NCBI RefSeq assembly: GCF_009914755.1
Contig: NC_060938.1
Origin: the human T2T-CHM13v2.0 reference genome, Homo sapiens
Length of the DNA stretch: 64,000 nucleotides
Reading direction: 5' to 3' (one strand)
The translations under genes and the position numbers were made by a program. Under the pieces are notes generated by a model, which searched no databases, had not been told where the DNA came from, and worked only from the letters and a program-made list of their open reading frames with translations. Below, one piece after another: positions 25,992 to 42,805 of this stretch. Position 1 is the first letter of the stretch. Each line of letters opens with the position of its first letter.

Positions 25992-26656
25992 AGTGAGTTC
26001 TCTGTGTTCAGTCCTGATTACCAAATGGAAACCCCTGGGAATCCCAGGGCTGTGGCTCTTCTCCCAGAGCTGCAGGGTCAGGTCTGGGCTTGTTTTCACC
26101 AGGAGAGGGGCCCTCCCTCCTCCTCTATAGCAAGCTCCAGTGTGGGATGCCTGAGAAGAAGGCAGTGCCCAAAGCAGACGTCAGACTCCAGGAGGAGTTT
26201 AGTGGCAATGGTAGCATTTGGAAAAATATTACTTATAATGTGACTGTGCCATAAAACTCATTTAGCAATTATGATTTTTGTTTTTACACATGTGTACAAA
26301 TACAAATATAACTGCATTAAGCAAACTGTAAGAGATATAAAGAAATAGAAAACAATACAAAAATAACACAAGACCTTAATACCTCATGACCATAATGTAT
26401 AGCAAATCCGGAAAGAAAATTCCTAATGTGCCTCTGAACTTGAACAACACTATTGAACAAATTTATCTGAATGATATTTACAGAACCTTCCAACCAAGAG
26501 TCACGTAATACACATCCTTCTCAAGAACACATTGAACATTCTCCATGATGGGTTATATGTCACATCATAAAATGAACCTTAACATTTAAAGAAGTAATGC
26601 CAGCCCTTCTGTAACTCTTTCAAAAATTGGTGAGGAGTCCACCTTCCAAACTCTTT

Positions 26657-27525
<869 letters not shown>

Positions 27526-29353
27526 TATCTTCTAAACTCTTTCTATGAGGCTACCATGATAGTATTACCAGTAATAGACAAAGGCACCACAATAAAAGAA
27601 AACTACAGACCAATATCATTAGTAGACATGAATTAATCCCCAACAATAGTAAACTAAGCTCCAAAGTGTTTTAGAAGACATACACCATGACCAACTCAAA
27701 TTTCTTCCTGAGATGCATACTTGATTCAACATTCTCAAATCAACCAATTTGGTACACCACATTAAAAAACTAAAGAAAAAATACCTCAGTAACATTTCAT
27801 CAGACACAGAAAAAGACTTTGAAAAAAATCAGTTTCATTATAAAAACTATGAACAAAGTAGGAAGACAAGAAAACAACTTGAACATAATAAAAGCCGTTA
27901 AGAAAGGCCACAGCTATTATTACACTCAATAGTAAAAGGTTAGAATATTTTGGTCCAATATCTGTAACAAGGCAAGAAGAAAGCTTTAGGCATTTCACTT
28001 CCAGGCCTTAACATTTGTTAAAAACATAGAAAGTTTTGGCATAAATACCTATACAGAGCTTAGATATAAACCCACATATTGATGACGAGCTGATTTTTAG
28101 CATGAGAACCATCAATATAACATGGCTAAATTGTAGTGTCTTCCAAAGAGGGTGGTATGAAAACTGGATTTTCCCATGAAAAGAATTAAGAATTTTAGGT
28201 TAGAATAAACACAAAAATTCACTCCAAATGCCTCAAATATCTAACTTTAATACCTGTAATTGTAAAACTCTCAACCCTCAAAAAATTAGCAATCTTTTTC
28301 TGGATTTTACATTCAAATCACCTACAAAAAAAAAGCAGAATTGAACAAGTGGGAATAGATTATGAAAAAGATTCTGCAAAGCAACCAAGTAACTACAACT
28401 TACAGAATTGGATAATATGCCATATATCTCAAAAAGTTTTAATGTCCAAATGGAAAAGAAACTTCTACAACTCAACAGCAAAAAGAAAAATAGCCTCATT
28501 TTTAATAATCAGTTTTACACCTTTAACACTGTAAGAACCTAGAACTCAGGTTAATGTTTTTCTCCATGGGCAACGGTCCGTCTTTGGGTCTACTTAGCTG
28601 GACAATACTGTGTATTGATTTGACAAAACACTAATCCAGGTGGTGGTGTGAATTTTTAACAGACGTTATTGAAACTGGAATCGGTTGACTCTATGTTAGG
28701 TAGATTATCATTGATAACCTGCTTGGCCCTGATTCCATCAGAGCAGAACTGGAGAAGGTAAAACTCCACGGTGATTAAGCAGCTTCAGCTCTTTCTGAGA
28801 CTTCCAGCCTGCACTTACTGATGGCCGGCCCTGAGGATATTGGATGTTCCAGCCATCTCCCAAAATTGTCATCCCCTGCATCTCACAGGGAAAACATCTT
28901 CCTTTTGCAAAAAGCAGGAAAAACAAATGGAAAAAGGAGAAAAACGACGAAAAAATAAAGTAAATGGATTAGGAACAAAAGAAGCACCAGATCGGTGCTG
29001 ATACTGATTTGCATACTTTCGTGTCAGGAGAAGGATCAGACGTGAAATCTGTGAGGTTCTACATGACGCTGACCCTGGTTCAGCCTCTCTATTGTCTGTG
29101 ACCAGGATCCATAAAGACTGTTCCAGTCAGGGAATCTCACGGAGGTCCCTGTCCTGGGTCTGATTGGAGAAGACTCACCAGGAAGCCCTGAGGTTACTCA
29201 GGACTCTGATCCTTGTGACCATGGTTGAGGAATTTTCATCCGTGTCAGCGTCAATCTGCATTTTGTGCCAGGGAGAAAAGGTCCTCATATGCATAGAGAA
29301 GACATTGTTAGGCACAGTTTTCTAAATTTAAGAGGTTCCCTGGGGAACTGTCA

Positions 29354-29973
<620 letters not shown>

Positions 29974-30073
29974 GGTGAGTCCTCTGTGTTCAGTGCTGAT
30001 CACCGAATGGAAACACCGCCGACTTCTAGTGCTGGGCTCCTCTCCCAGAGCTGCAGGGTCAGGGCTGGGCTGG

Positions 30074-30106
30074 TTTTCATCAGTAGAGGGAGGGCCCTAT
30101 TTGCAT
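30074..30106 (-). promoter_or_regulatory. VH promoter: octamer plus TATA-like box
   Basis: ATGCAAAT at 30106-30099; ATGAAAA at 30080-30074. Confidence 0.9.
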
Positions 30107-32435
30107 GTCCCCCACTATATAGCAAGCTCTGGGTGGGACATCTGAGGAGAGGCTGGGCTCAGGGCAGATGAAGTGTCCTGGGGGAGACTGGTAGTAATTC
30201 CATCATTCAGGAAAATATAGTTATATCTTATATGCTTGTGCCTTGATTAACACTTAGCTCTCATAACTTTCTTTTATTCTTACATATTTACACAATATAT
30301 TTAATGCAGGCTTCAATGTTATATTTTACAGGAGATAATTTACATAGAGAACACAGCAGTTGTGCAGTGTGTCTAAGATAACACATCTAAAAATTTAGTC
30401 CTATTACCTGGGCCTGTGCTCTAACCTCTGGAGGAGGCAGCTCCCCTGAGACAACTCCAGGGCAGCATGGCCCATGCCTAGTGAAGTCTGCAGGATTCCC
30501 CATCTGTTATGACAACTTTCTGTTATTTACCTAAATACGCAGAGTGAACCACGGTTCATGTGTATGTTTTTGGAAGTCAGTTATATTCCTTGTGTTAATA
30601 TCGATCTATTTATTGCTGCAATTCAGTCAAATATTATCTCATCAGTTTCTTTATTGCTTTATTCGAGTGTAATTAATAAATAATTCAAATTTATGGTGAA
30701 TGATTTGAAAAATGTAGACCTATGTTTGCAACCATTTACTCAGCACTTCAATCAAGGTTTGAATAAATTAATCCCTAAATCTTTCTCTTATTCCTCTGAA
30801 ATTTAACTCACATCCCCATTACTCCCAATAGCATATTCTCAGAAACATTTAAATCTTCTCCATGTTAATTTATAATAGTGGCATCTTCTAAAATTTCTAC
30901 AAATGTATCATATAAAATTTACTCTTCATTCCTTAGTTTCTTTCACTCAGCACAATTCTTTGAGAATTTAGCCATGTTTTTTTCAATGAGTGAGGCATGA
31001 CTTGATTTCAAGCTGCATTAGATTCCAGCACAGAAATATATGCCAAACTATTTAACTGTTCACCTGTAACGAAATGTGATTGTTCTCTCAGTTAATGGAT
31101 TTGATAGAGAAAAGCAGCTACTCGGCATGGGAATGTAAAAATGTGTAAACTATGAGCTTATTCTGACCTCATTAACAACAAAGCTGAACAACTACAAATA
31201 AAAAAAAGAAAACCTTCAACATATCTGTGTTGATGTCAGAGAGAAAACAAACAATACACAAAACCTGAAATCTGAGGAGAGAGGCGGCTGCAGAGAGAAG
31301 CAGGACCCATGTATTAGTGTACCTGGGGCAGATGCCACTGGATGGCATTTAAGATCGGAACAGGCTGACTTGGACATATTCAGTGAGTTGCGTGAGGATG
31401 CACGTGCTCATAGTGTTAGACTGTGAAGCTCCTGGTGCTTGCAGGCTTTTCCTACAGAATTATTATTAATATTCTTGCTGCACTTTATGCAAATAATCAG
31501 GCCAAGTTTAAGACTAAAGTTTATTTTGCAAACAACTCAGTCTTATCATTATTTGCTGCTGACAAAAACCAAAACTGGAAAGAGAAACATTGTATTTCAA
31601 AACATATCATACACTTGTCTTTAAATTCTAATCTCTTCAGTTGTTTAAGTATTTGCCTGCATTTTAGACTAACTCTGCTTATTCCTGAGCGCCAATCAAT
31701 GATCTCTGGCTACAGCCCAGAAGAAACAAAAAGCGATGGGGAATATAAAAAATCTGGATCAATATTTTAATTCTAAGCAATTATCCTTTAAATCATGCCA
31801 GGTGATGGGAATGAATAGGGTGCCCCTAACCTGGAGGTTTCTTTGTTTGGGAAAATAAATCCCAGGGAGCTGACAAAAGCCAAGCCCCATGCGCCCAAAC
31901 CTTAGCAGGCATAACTACAGCTGCAGTTATCTAGGAATGTCAGCAGCCTTGGAATTTTCTTTCAAGCTGTCCTTGCCACCTTGTTTGGTTTTCATACATG
32001 TCTTCTAATAACCAGATTTGCCTCTTCTCATTTTCAGACCATCAAACTCCAAATGGTCATGCAACTGAAGCCTGGGATAATGGCTCCCTTTTCCTGGGGT
32101 CCCTTAGACCTCCAAGAGAGATCTTCCCCAAACAGCATCCCTCCTCAGCTGGAAGCAGTTAAGACTTGTCTTTGTCTCTATTCTAATGACAGTTAGATGT
32201 ACTTCTTCAAAGAGGAAAATGCTAGAGGTAGAAGGCAGAGAACTCTCCTAGGCAGGTAGGGAAGAGTCCCCATAGAATCTCCAACGCCCCAGGGTCATAG
32301 TGCACAGGGAGTTGCCTAGACATGCCTGCAGTGAAAATTGTTAATGTTGTCTTTATCACTCTCGGAATAAATAGCCACACATAATAATCTAGCTGCATGA
32401 AGATAAAAATTAACTAGTTTGAAATTAGAACAATT

Positions 32436-32902
32436 CCCTATTCACAATAGCAAAGACTTGGAACCAACCCAAATGTCCAACAATGATACACTGGATTAAG
32501 AAAATGTGGCACATATGCACCATGGAATCCTATGCAGCCATAAAAAATGATGAGTTCATGTCCTTTGTAGGGACATGGATGAAGCTGGAAACCATCATTC
32601 TCAGCAAACTATCGCAAGGACAAAAAACCAAACACCACATGTTCTCAGTCCTAGGTGGGAATTGAACAATGAGAACACATGGACACAGGAAGGGGAACAT
32701 CACACACCGGGGCCTGTTGTGGGGTGAGGGGAGGGGGGAGGGATAGCATTAGGAGATATACCTAATATTAAATGACGAGTTAATGGGTGCAGCACACCAA
32801 CATGGCACATGTATACATATCTAACTAACCTGCACATTGTGCACATGTACCCTAAAACTTAAAGTTAAAAAAAAAAACAACCAGAGAAGTGGGAAAAAAA
32901 AA
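32436..32902 (+). mobile_element. L1PA 3' end, copy 2
   Basis: Paralogue of 7407-7871 with the same TSD (32421-32435 and 32903-32917). Confidence 0.93.
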
Positions 32903-33255
32903 GAAATTAGAACAATTACCAATAAAATCAAAGTTAGCATGTGGTTTATAATATTAATAGACAAGAGACATGGCTGAATGCTAAGAATGTGTTCACATCT
33001 ACTTTATGTCATGATCAGGAAAATATTTTATATATTCTTTAGGTAAGAGTCCCATTGAGAGGATTAACATTGATGTATAATACCTCAATAATAAAAGTAA
33101 AGGTTATTAACTAGTAATTTCTATTAAGAACACAAACTTTCATTTAGGATATATTCTTCTATGTGTTAGGAAATCAACTCAGAAGGCAGGAAACATTGAA
33201 CTTATTAGAGATGTTTAATAAATTAAAAATGAGAATTAAGTACGTATGCTTTTAG

Positions 33256-33576
<321 letters not shown>

Positions 33577-35600
33577 TGGAATATTTTTAGAAACAGAGAG
33601 GGTTCTTACGTCTTCTGGAAATCCTATTGAGATGGACAACAAGGGAAGAAACCCTCAGATGAATTTCTACCTACTAGAGGGCTGATTAATATCATTTTAA
33701 AGCAAATGCTAACACACAAAAAGCTAACATGAAGCTAAAAAAATATAGTGATTCAATACAGCAACCATTCTAGCTCAATCTAGTTTAAAATATTATCTAA
33801 CCATGGAGGGCACTGTCATTGTTCACAGAAGACAGAGTCAATCCCACTCACAACCTTCTGGGAATGTTTAAAAAATGGCATCCCTACATAAAAATTATCA
33901 ATTTTAATAAAATGTGAACTTCCTTGGCCAAGGGTTCTCCCACTAGCACTATGGAATCATGGTTCACTCCTCAGGGTCCATCAGTTATTACCCTATGACT
34001 TGGTAGCTAAAAGGCCCATACGTTTATAGATTTTACACCAAGGGATCATCTTTGTTCTATTGCATGCATGTGTTACAAAATACGGAAAGGGATTCCTATG
34101 TGATATCCACTCCAATCATGAAGAGTTAAAACTGCCTTTTTACTACATCTTTTCCGCAGTGTCTTCTGATCTTCAACAAGGAAACTGAAAGGAATATCGG
34201 CAGAAAATACTGCTCTTGAATCATATTGGAAGGAATCTTATCAGAAACTTTTAACTAACTCACTGCACAAAACAGTCAGGCAGTTAATTATTGGCTTCAT
34301 GTTTTACAAGTAAAGAATCAATTCAGGACAGATGCAGTGGATCTTCCCTATAATCACACCACTTTCAGAAGCAAAGTGAGGGAAATCACATGAGACCAGG
34401 AAATCGAAGCCAACCTGGGCAACATAAAGAGATGCTATTTCTATGAAAAAATATTTTAAAGAATAAGCAGGTGAGGGGTGGCATTCCCCTCTAATTCTAG
34501 ATACTCAGGAGGCTGATACAGGAAGATTACGTGAGTCTGGAGGTCAAAATTACAGTGAGCTATGATCACACAACTGTACTTTAAGCTGTGGAACAGTGTG
34601 AGAGCCTGCCTCTAAAAACAAACCAAAAAGAATCAATTAAGAATTCCACACAACTGTAAATCTACTCAAATAGGAGATGCTAAACTGAGCATCCTCATTG
34701 ATTGCCTGGCATTTCTGATGTTTTTAAGCAGACGTGTGACCTAAGACCTGCAGAATAAGCTGATAGTCCTTGATTGTGAGAAGCTTCTACCCAAGACATT
34801 CGGCCAGGACCCTAATTCCCCATCCCCTCCTTCTTTCTCTCATTATTATTTCCTTATATTTCTAAAGTCATCTCATTTCTGTAGATCTGGGTCTTGTCCA
34901 TCGATACTGAACCCTTATTTCTTTTTCATTATTTTTATTCTTGCTACCTAGAATAAGTTGTCACTCTATCTTTTGGTGCATGCCTGTTGATTACTTAAGG
35001 CTCACTCCTCCATCATCTCCTTTTTTGCCACACAAGGTGAATCTAGTTTGGACTCACAGGAGCTTCTTCATTCAATGGCAGTGGGAGTTTCAAACCTTAT
35101 AAACCCCGATCTGTGAGTGGGAAGCCTCACTCTGCCGCCACCACTAAACCATTATAAAAACCCTGAGCCAGTCTCCTTTCCTCTTCTTTCAAGCCATTTT
35201 AGATTTTCCTGTGAGACCTGCCCTGCACTCAGCAGACACCTACACTGTGCAGATAATACACTTTTCCATATTCACTTGCTCTGAGCTTATGACTTCATCA
35301 GACATGACACACACACTAAATCTCAGTTGAGATCTCTTGGCTTTGCATGTTGTCAACTACAACGGATGGTGTGAGCTTGGTGTCACTGTTTCTTTTTTTT
35401 TTTCACAGACGCTTCTCAAAAGAAGACATTTATGCAGCCAAAAGACACATGAAAAAATTCTCATCATCACTGGCCATCAGAGAAATGCAAATCTAAACCA
35501 CAAGGAGATACCATCTCACACCAGCTAGAATGATGATCACTGTTTCTATCAACAGTACACACTGGATCCCTGAAACAACTCCAGGACACAGCTGGACATG

Positions 35601-35957
35601 TGCTATAGATTTGTTTTGTGTCCCCACCTAAATATCATCTCAAATTCTAATCCCCACATGTCAAGGGAGGGACCAGGTGAGAGGTTATTGGATCATGAGG
35701 GCAGTTTTCCCATGTTGTTCTCATCATAGTGAGTGACTTCTCACAAGAGCTGATAGTTTAAAAGTATGTGTCACTTCCCCCTCTCTCTCCTGCTGCGCTG
35801 TGTGATGTGCCGTGCTTCGCCTTCACCTTCCACCATGATTATAAGTTTCCTGTGGCCTCCCCAGCCATGCAGCACTGTGAGTCAACTAAACCTCTTTTCT
35901 TTGTAAACTCCTCGTCTCAGGTAGTTCTTTATACCACTGTGAAAACGAACTAATATC
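35601..35957 (+). mobile_element. THE1D/MSTA-like solo LTR, copy 2
   Basis: Paralogue of 10560-10916; TSD ACATG. Confidence 0.85.
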
Positions 35958-37117
35958 ACATGACTGGTGGAGTTTGATAAACTTTCTTAATGACAGTTTG
36001 TAGGGGGGTTGATAGGGTTTGAAACAACCACTGGCATTGAATGAAGCAGCTCCTATGAGTCCAAACTAGATTCAGCTTGTGTGGCAAAAAAGGAGATGAT
36101 GGAGGAGTGAGACTTATAATCAGTGCTAAAGGTAGTACTAATTATACTAGGTAAAATTTGGTATCAAAGCAATTAGACAGAGATAAATAAAATACATGAA
36201 AAGTCAGAAACTCCTGAATATACACATGAATGAGTGCTGAACATTTCTGTATTTTTAGAGAAATGCTAGAATACGGCAAAATAATGGCATGGGGTTAAAT
36301 AAAAAAATAATAGTCTCCACACGAAGTGTTCAATTTTACAAATATGGTCACAGACATTATCATTATCCACATAGATAACAAGTCAATTACCCTCAAAATA
36401 TCCTCTTGTTCTGTAATTCCTCCTTCCTAGACCTTCCCTTCTCCTACAATATTGACAGTGAACTACTGATTTTTATGTAACTTTAGATTACTTATCAATA
36501 CATCAGGTAATAAAAGTTATAGATTTATGTGTGTTGTGGGGTGGCTGTATATAAGTTTCTGTGTGAGAGAGAGAAGGAGGGAGGAAGGAAGGCAGAAAAA
36601 GAGAGGAATCCTACATAATTGACCACAATTTATGAGGTTCTCAAGTAATTATGGGGAATTAGTCCTTACAGACAAGGCTGATATAAGATGGAGAGGACAA
36701 CTTGACACACCTAGCTATGGTTATATATTTATATCAATATCATTTTCTAATCATACAAACACATGCATTAGAATAGAGGTAGTGGAGGGTGTCTGGTGGT
36801 GAAACATGATGGTGACACAAAACGCCTCATCCAGCTCCTTTTCACACCAGCTGCACATGCCCTGAGGTTGAGCCTTGGACCTGCTCTTTCTGAATCGCCA
36901 CAATAATCCTGAGCCCCCCGCTGTACCAAGCACCCATTGGTGTCCTGATTTTCCCCCATGGTTCCTGAGAGCCCCCAGCTACCTGCATGCCTCTACAATG
37001 GTCTTGAGTGCCCCTTGGTGTCCTGAGGGAGCCTGGTGTCCTGAGTAACCCTGGCTGTCCTATGCACCCCCACAGGGAGGCTTGGGTATGAGTTCACACT
37101 GTGGTTTCCTCACTGTG

Positions 37118-37422
37118 TCTTTTGCTCTAAAATACATGGCTATGTGTTTGTTCCTCACATAGTTCAGCTGTAAGAAGAACTACTTTTTGGACATGGATCT
37201 GGAGATGGTGACTGGACTCTTGAGAAGAGGGGAGTAATTTGTGCTCCCTCCATGACCTATGCACCCGATCCACTCCAGTACCTCCCATGGGGGCGCTGAT
37301 GGATGCAGCTCCAGCAGGAAACACTGGTTGTGATGGAGAATGCAGAGATGGCACAGGTGAGGGAGAGGTTCTGTGAAGGCTTCACCAGGCCAAGAGTGCA
37401 CCGAGAAATACAGTTGTTGGCA
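37118..37422 (-). pseudogene. IGHV(II) clan pseudogene (positionally IGHV(II)-30-51)
   Basis: Near-identical to 12081-12385; heptamer at 37117-37111. Confidence 0.85.
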
Positions 37423-38822
37423 GCCACAGGTTCTGGAGAACACACTGAAATTTCCAAATACTTACATTTCTATGAGAATAACGAGCTCACTTGTGCTCAA
37501 TTAGTGAGTCTCCTAGCATAATGCAGTTGATGCTGATGTTGGATTCAGACAAATATAGGGTCACATTTTTCTCCATACTTGGAACCAAGTAATAAAGAGA
37601 AACTTATGTTAGGAGAATGGCCATTGAACTATCTCTGATCATGGTGATTTTCAGAATAGGCTTGAGATGTGATCACCTAAAGAGTGTCCTAATGCTTAAC
37701 CAACAATTAGGCCTGAGCAGCAGTCACAGGCACTGGAGGTCGCCCACATGGAGAAATGTCTGACTCACTGAAGCTGCACCTGGGGGTCTCTGCAGGCTCT
37801 GAGTTGTGCAGAAACAGCTCCTCCCTTAGACTCAGACTGAGGACAATCTCTGCTCATTCTCTGGGGAAGGTGAGGGTTAGTGTGTGGAAAGAACCCAACT
37901 TACTTTGCTCAAGATCTCTGTACTTGAACAGAAACAAAGAGTAGGAGAAAAAATGATTTCGGTTTTACATAGAATAAATTATCATGAGGAAGGCAATAAT
38001 ATGTCTGGATCTTGCACAGAATTAAGAAACAATGAATTTGGGGTAAAGTTGAAAATTACAATTTCTTTGCAGATTCTGTTTTTAGTTATCTATGTCATCT
38101 GCGAAAATGAAGTAAAATCAGAGTTTTTATATAAAAATTCACAAACAGCATGCTGGCCCCAAGAATGCACCTCCCATCTCTCCAGCATCAGGCCCAATAG
38201 ACCAGGCAGCCAGCTGCTGCACTGCACTCTTAACACCCGCCACCTGGTGTGTGCCAAAGACACCCATCCTGGGAGCTCCTCCCAGACAGTGGCTGTGCAC
38301 AGTGGAGACACTGAGGCATGGCTGCTGCTGGGAAGCATTGGACATCCCTGATGGACAACTGTGCTCTGGGAGGCACCAATGGTCTTGCTGGACTTATCTT
38401 GGAAGACAGAGTTGTTAGGGAAGCTCCATCAAACTCCCATGCCTCTCCAGTACTAGTGGTGAGATTGACATTCTGGGGTGACAGTATCTACAGCCCCACC
38501 TGGCCTCCTGTGCATTTTTTGCTTCCATTACTTACATCTGCTTTGGGACAAATGAAAATGTTTCCTCTTCCTATAATAAACTTTTCTAATCCAGAGATGT
38601 CAGGGGTGGCCACAGAAACATAAATGTCCAGAGGCTCCGAGGGGAACTGGTAGATGCAGAGGAAGCCACAGACCCCGAAGGAAAGCAGCCCATGATAACC
38701 ATCTGTACCTGCCCTAGAGCTGCCCGTTTTCAGTGGGTCCTGAGTGCCCCTTTTAGCCCAGCCTCCTCCCTTATCATTGCAGGAAACTGTGTCTGTGTTC
38801 ACACTGATGTCTTCTTACCTGG

Positions 38823-39271
38823 TGCCTCACATACAGTAACACACAGCTGTGCCCGCTGCTCTCAGACTGTTCATTAGCAAATACAGTGAGTTCTTGGCAT
38901 TTTCTTTGGAGATGGTGAATTTGCTCTTCAAAGATTATGCATAACATATCTGACTTCCATCACACTGTATATCTACTACTCACTCCAGCCCCTTCCCTGG
39001 AGCCTGGGAAACCGAGTTCCTTCAGTAGCTACTGAAGGTTAATCCAGAGTCTGCACAGGAGAGTCTCAGGGATCCCCCAGGTTGTCTTGGGTCCTCTCCG
39101 GACTCCACGAGCTGTACCTCTCACTAGACACCTGCAAACTCGTAGACATCCTGGTCAGAAACTCCCAGACATAATCCACCATTTCTCTCAAGGGTATCCA
39201 CTCACGCTCAATCTCTCTAGTTCACCTTTTAAAACAGCAACAGTGAAAACCCAGCTCAGCCCAAGCTCCAT
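38823..39271 (-). pseudogene. IGHV3-30-52: IGHV3 pseudogene, IGHV3-30-2-like (positionally IGHV3-30-52)
   Basis: ATG 39271; stops in V exon; heptamer CCAGGTA; octamer 39398-39405. Name assigned by gene order. Confidence 0.7.
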
Positions 39272-42200
39272 GGTGGGTCCTCTGTCTTTAGTCCTGATCA
39301 CCAAATAGAAACCCCTGGGAATCCCAGGGCTGGCGCTTCTCTCCCAGAGCTGTGCGGTCAGGACTGGGCTGGTTTTCATCAGCAGAGGGAGAAACCTATT
39401 TGCATGTCTCCTACTGTATAGCAAGCTCTGGGATGGGAATCCTGAGGAGGTGCAGGGCTCAGAGCAGACAAAGTGCCCTGGGGGAGATTGGTAGTCATCT
39501 TATCACTCAGGAAAATATCATTATATTATATGATTGTGCCTTGATAATCATTTAGCAGTCATCATCTTTTTGACATATTTGTAGAATACATTTAATGCAA
39601 GTGTCAATGTCACATTTTAAGGAAGATAAATCACACAGAGAACAGAGTGTTTATACAATGCATTCAAGGTCACACAGCTGGACAGAGTTAGCCCCATTAT
39701 CTCGGCCTGTGCCTCTGACCACTAGAGGAGACTGCTCCCCTGAGACAACTCCAGGGCAGTGTGAGACATGCCTAGTGAGGTCTGCAGGATTCCACCCCTG
39801 CCAGGACATCTCTGTTTTCTTTTAGTGTATTCTGCTATTGACCTGAAATACATAGAGAGAACCAGTGTTCACGCTTGTGTATTTTCAAGAGTCAGAGATG
39901 TTTCGAGTGTTCATTCCCATTTAGTTTTGGCTCCACCTCAATAAATGTATTCATTTGTTTCTTTGTTACTGCTTTATTTAAATACAATTAATAATTAATT
40001 CAAATATATACTGCATAATTTGGAAAATGGTAACATGTGTGCAACCCTTTAATCAGAGCTTCAATTAATTTGTGTACAATTCACACCTAAATCTTTGTGT
40101 CACTTCTCTGTAATTTCATCTCACCACCCCATTACTTTCAAAACCCAGTTCCCACCAATATGTAATCTTCTCTGTTGCTTTAGAATAGCTGTACCTTCTG
40201 CAGTTTATACAAATAGAAGTTTATGAAGTGCACTGTTAATTTGTTAGCTACTTTCACTCAGCACAGTTATTTGTGAATGCAGCCATGATTTTATGAGAAT
40301 GAGGATGCCTGGATTCTAATCCTGTGTTGTACTTTAGTTCATAATCATACATCAAATTGTCTAACATTCACTTGTAATGGATATGGATACTTGAGTTGTT
40401 CTCTTAATTTCTGGCTTTCATAGAGAGAGAGCAGTTACTCAGTATGGGAATGTGAAAAATGAGGAAACCATGATCTTACTCTTTCCTCATTAACAACAAA
40501 CCTGAAAAATTATGAATAAATGAAGAAGAAAACCTTTTAACATATCTGAGTTGCTTTCACGGAGCAAAAAAGAGGACTGAAATCTGAGGAGGCAGACGCC
40601 TACAGAGAGGACTGGGGCCCACATGTTACCGAACCCAGGGCAGGTGCCACGGTATGGTATTGAGAGAGGAACAGGCTAACCTGGAAATATTTAGTGAGGA
40701 TTTTTTTTTTAATTTTGGATGCATGTGCTAATGGTGTTAGATGTGAAACTATTAGTCCTTGCAGGCTTTTTCCCGGGGATCTGAAAAATCCACAGTCAGC
40801 TCCCTTATCTGCTGTCCTGCGGTGCTGACAGGAAGAGAAGAACGGTAAGGACTGTGGAACGCCTGGATTCACCTCCACTGTCTCCAGGGGAAATCCACTA
40901 AAACCTGTGTCCTATGGCCTGTGATGTGGTCATCAGAAACCAAAGAAAACAGAGGATTCCCAGGAAACTCCATCCAGATGAAATCCTTAATCTTCAGGTT
41001 AAGTACAATGGAGGAGAAGCTGAGGACATGGCAGAGAAACCACTGTGGGTTGGAAAAGACACTCTACCCCTGGGGGAAGAGGTAAGAACAGGAAACTTGG
41101 GAAGGCCACCCTGAGAATCATGATTACTGCATATGCATAAGAAGGAGGTTGTTTTGGAAGGTTGGAGAACATCCCCGTTTGTTCGAACCCCTTCTCCACA
41201 TGGTCAACTAGGTCTGCAGAATAGTGAAGTAGCTGCATCAGCTCCATTCTGGCCTCTGTCATGTGACAGTTTGGGTGGATTTGCTTTCTGCTCTCTCATA
41301 ATTTGTTTCCTCTCTCAACTCCTAGCTCCATTCTTCTTTTAATTCTCACTTTATTGAAGAGATTCATATTTAGCTTAGAACATTAAAACCTTTGGAAGTA
41401 ATTTTCATCTCAAACCTACCAAATCTAATGAGCTCTCTCCAGGGGTGCCCATCTGCTTTTTTTCTTCCTTTTCTATGGGGTATGGCCCTTGTTTCTCCCT
41501 GAGTCCAGCTCTTATTTTCATATGCATGAGGAGTCCAACCATCACACACCCAGGGACATCTTGGAGCAACGTAACCTATCATCCGTCTCCTCAGCCCTCA
41601 TGTGCACAGTGGCCACTCTGTCAGCTGCTGTATGTGCTTTAGGGCTTTCCATGTAAAAGTGTCTCTCACTTTCCCCCCAAATAAAGTTCCTGGTCCTTAA
41701 ATACCTTCAAGAGCCAGTCTTCTTTACTGCCCCTTTGTTGCTAATATTGTTTTATTCCATTAAAATACATTGGGAACCTCAGTGACTATTGTCTGACTTC
41801 TATTATCCCATTGTCTGACTTCTGCCTGACTGACCCACCCATGAGCTTTAATCCACTGCTCTGCAGCTGATGGGGCCATCTGGACCTTCATTCATAAGAG
41901 GTGTGTAATTTATTAGAGAAGACCTGAGATCAGCAGGCGCCTGAGTTCCTCAGAACACAGGTGTGTCCTGCAGTAGAGTGTGTGTGACTGAAATCACACG
42001 TGTGTATAACTTGTAGCCTCAGCCCATAAGGTGATGACACCTTCTGGCCATTCCTGGGCAACCTGATGTGGGGTGCCCACAGAAGGATGGGTACATGACA
42101 AGGATGTTAGAAACCGATGTGGTGTTGGGGGCATGGACGGCCAAATTTAATTTAAATCTATTCTGTCCTTGATACTTGGGGAAGACTGGGAGAAAGGGAA

Positions 42201-42518
42201 CAAAACTCAGACCCTATGTAGCTCCTAATTTAGGAAGGGATTCAGTGCAAATTGAGAAAGTTGAAGGAATAGACTATACTTTAAGGGATCATTTCTATAG
42301 TTCGTTCGAGGAAGTTGAAGGAAAACAGTTATGTTGGTGATGTTGGTGTGTTTTCCTGTGACTTACTTAGGAGACAGCAGAAGATGTTCAGTGGTCAGTC
42401 TCCATGCAGCTGGTCCTCATTGTCCATTTGTTATATCCACATGAAAGATAAAAGAAAATTTTGTGGTACAGGCACCAGGGCTGGTTTCAGAGACATTGCC
42501 CCAAGAATGGCCAACAGG

Positions 42519-42805
42519 GGCCAGGTGCGGTGGCTCACACTTGTAATCCCAACACTTTGGGAAACCGAGGCAGGCAGATCATGCAGTGAGGAGATTTGAG
42601 ACCACCCTAACACAGTGAAACCCTGTCTCTGCTAAAAATACAAAAAAAAAATAGGCTGGCATGGTGGTGGACACCTGTAGTCCCAGCTGCTCAGGAGGTT
42701 GAGGAAGGAGAATTGCCTGAACCCAGGAGACGGGGTTTGTAGTCAGCTGAGATTGCACCACTGCACTCCAGCCTGGCCACAGAGCGAGACTCCGTCAAAA
42801 AAAAA
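42519..42805 (+). mobile_element. Alu, copy 2 of 17485-17775
   Basis: Same TSD AATGGCCAACAGG. Confidence 0.92.
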
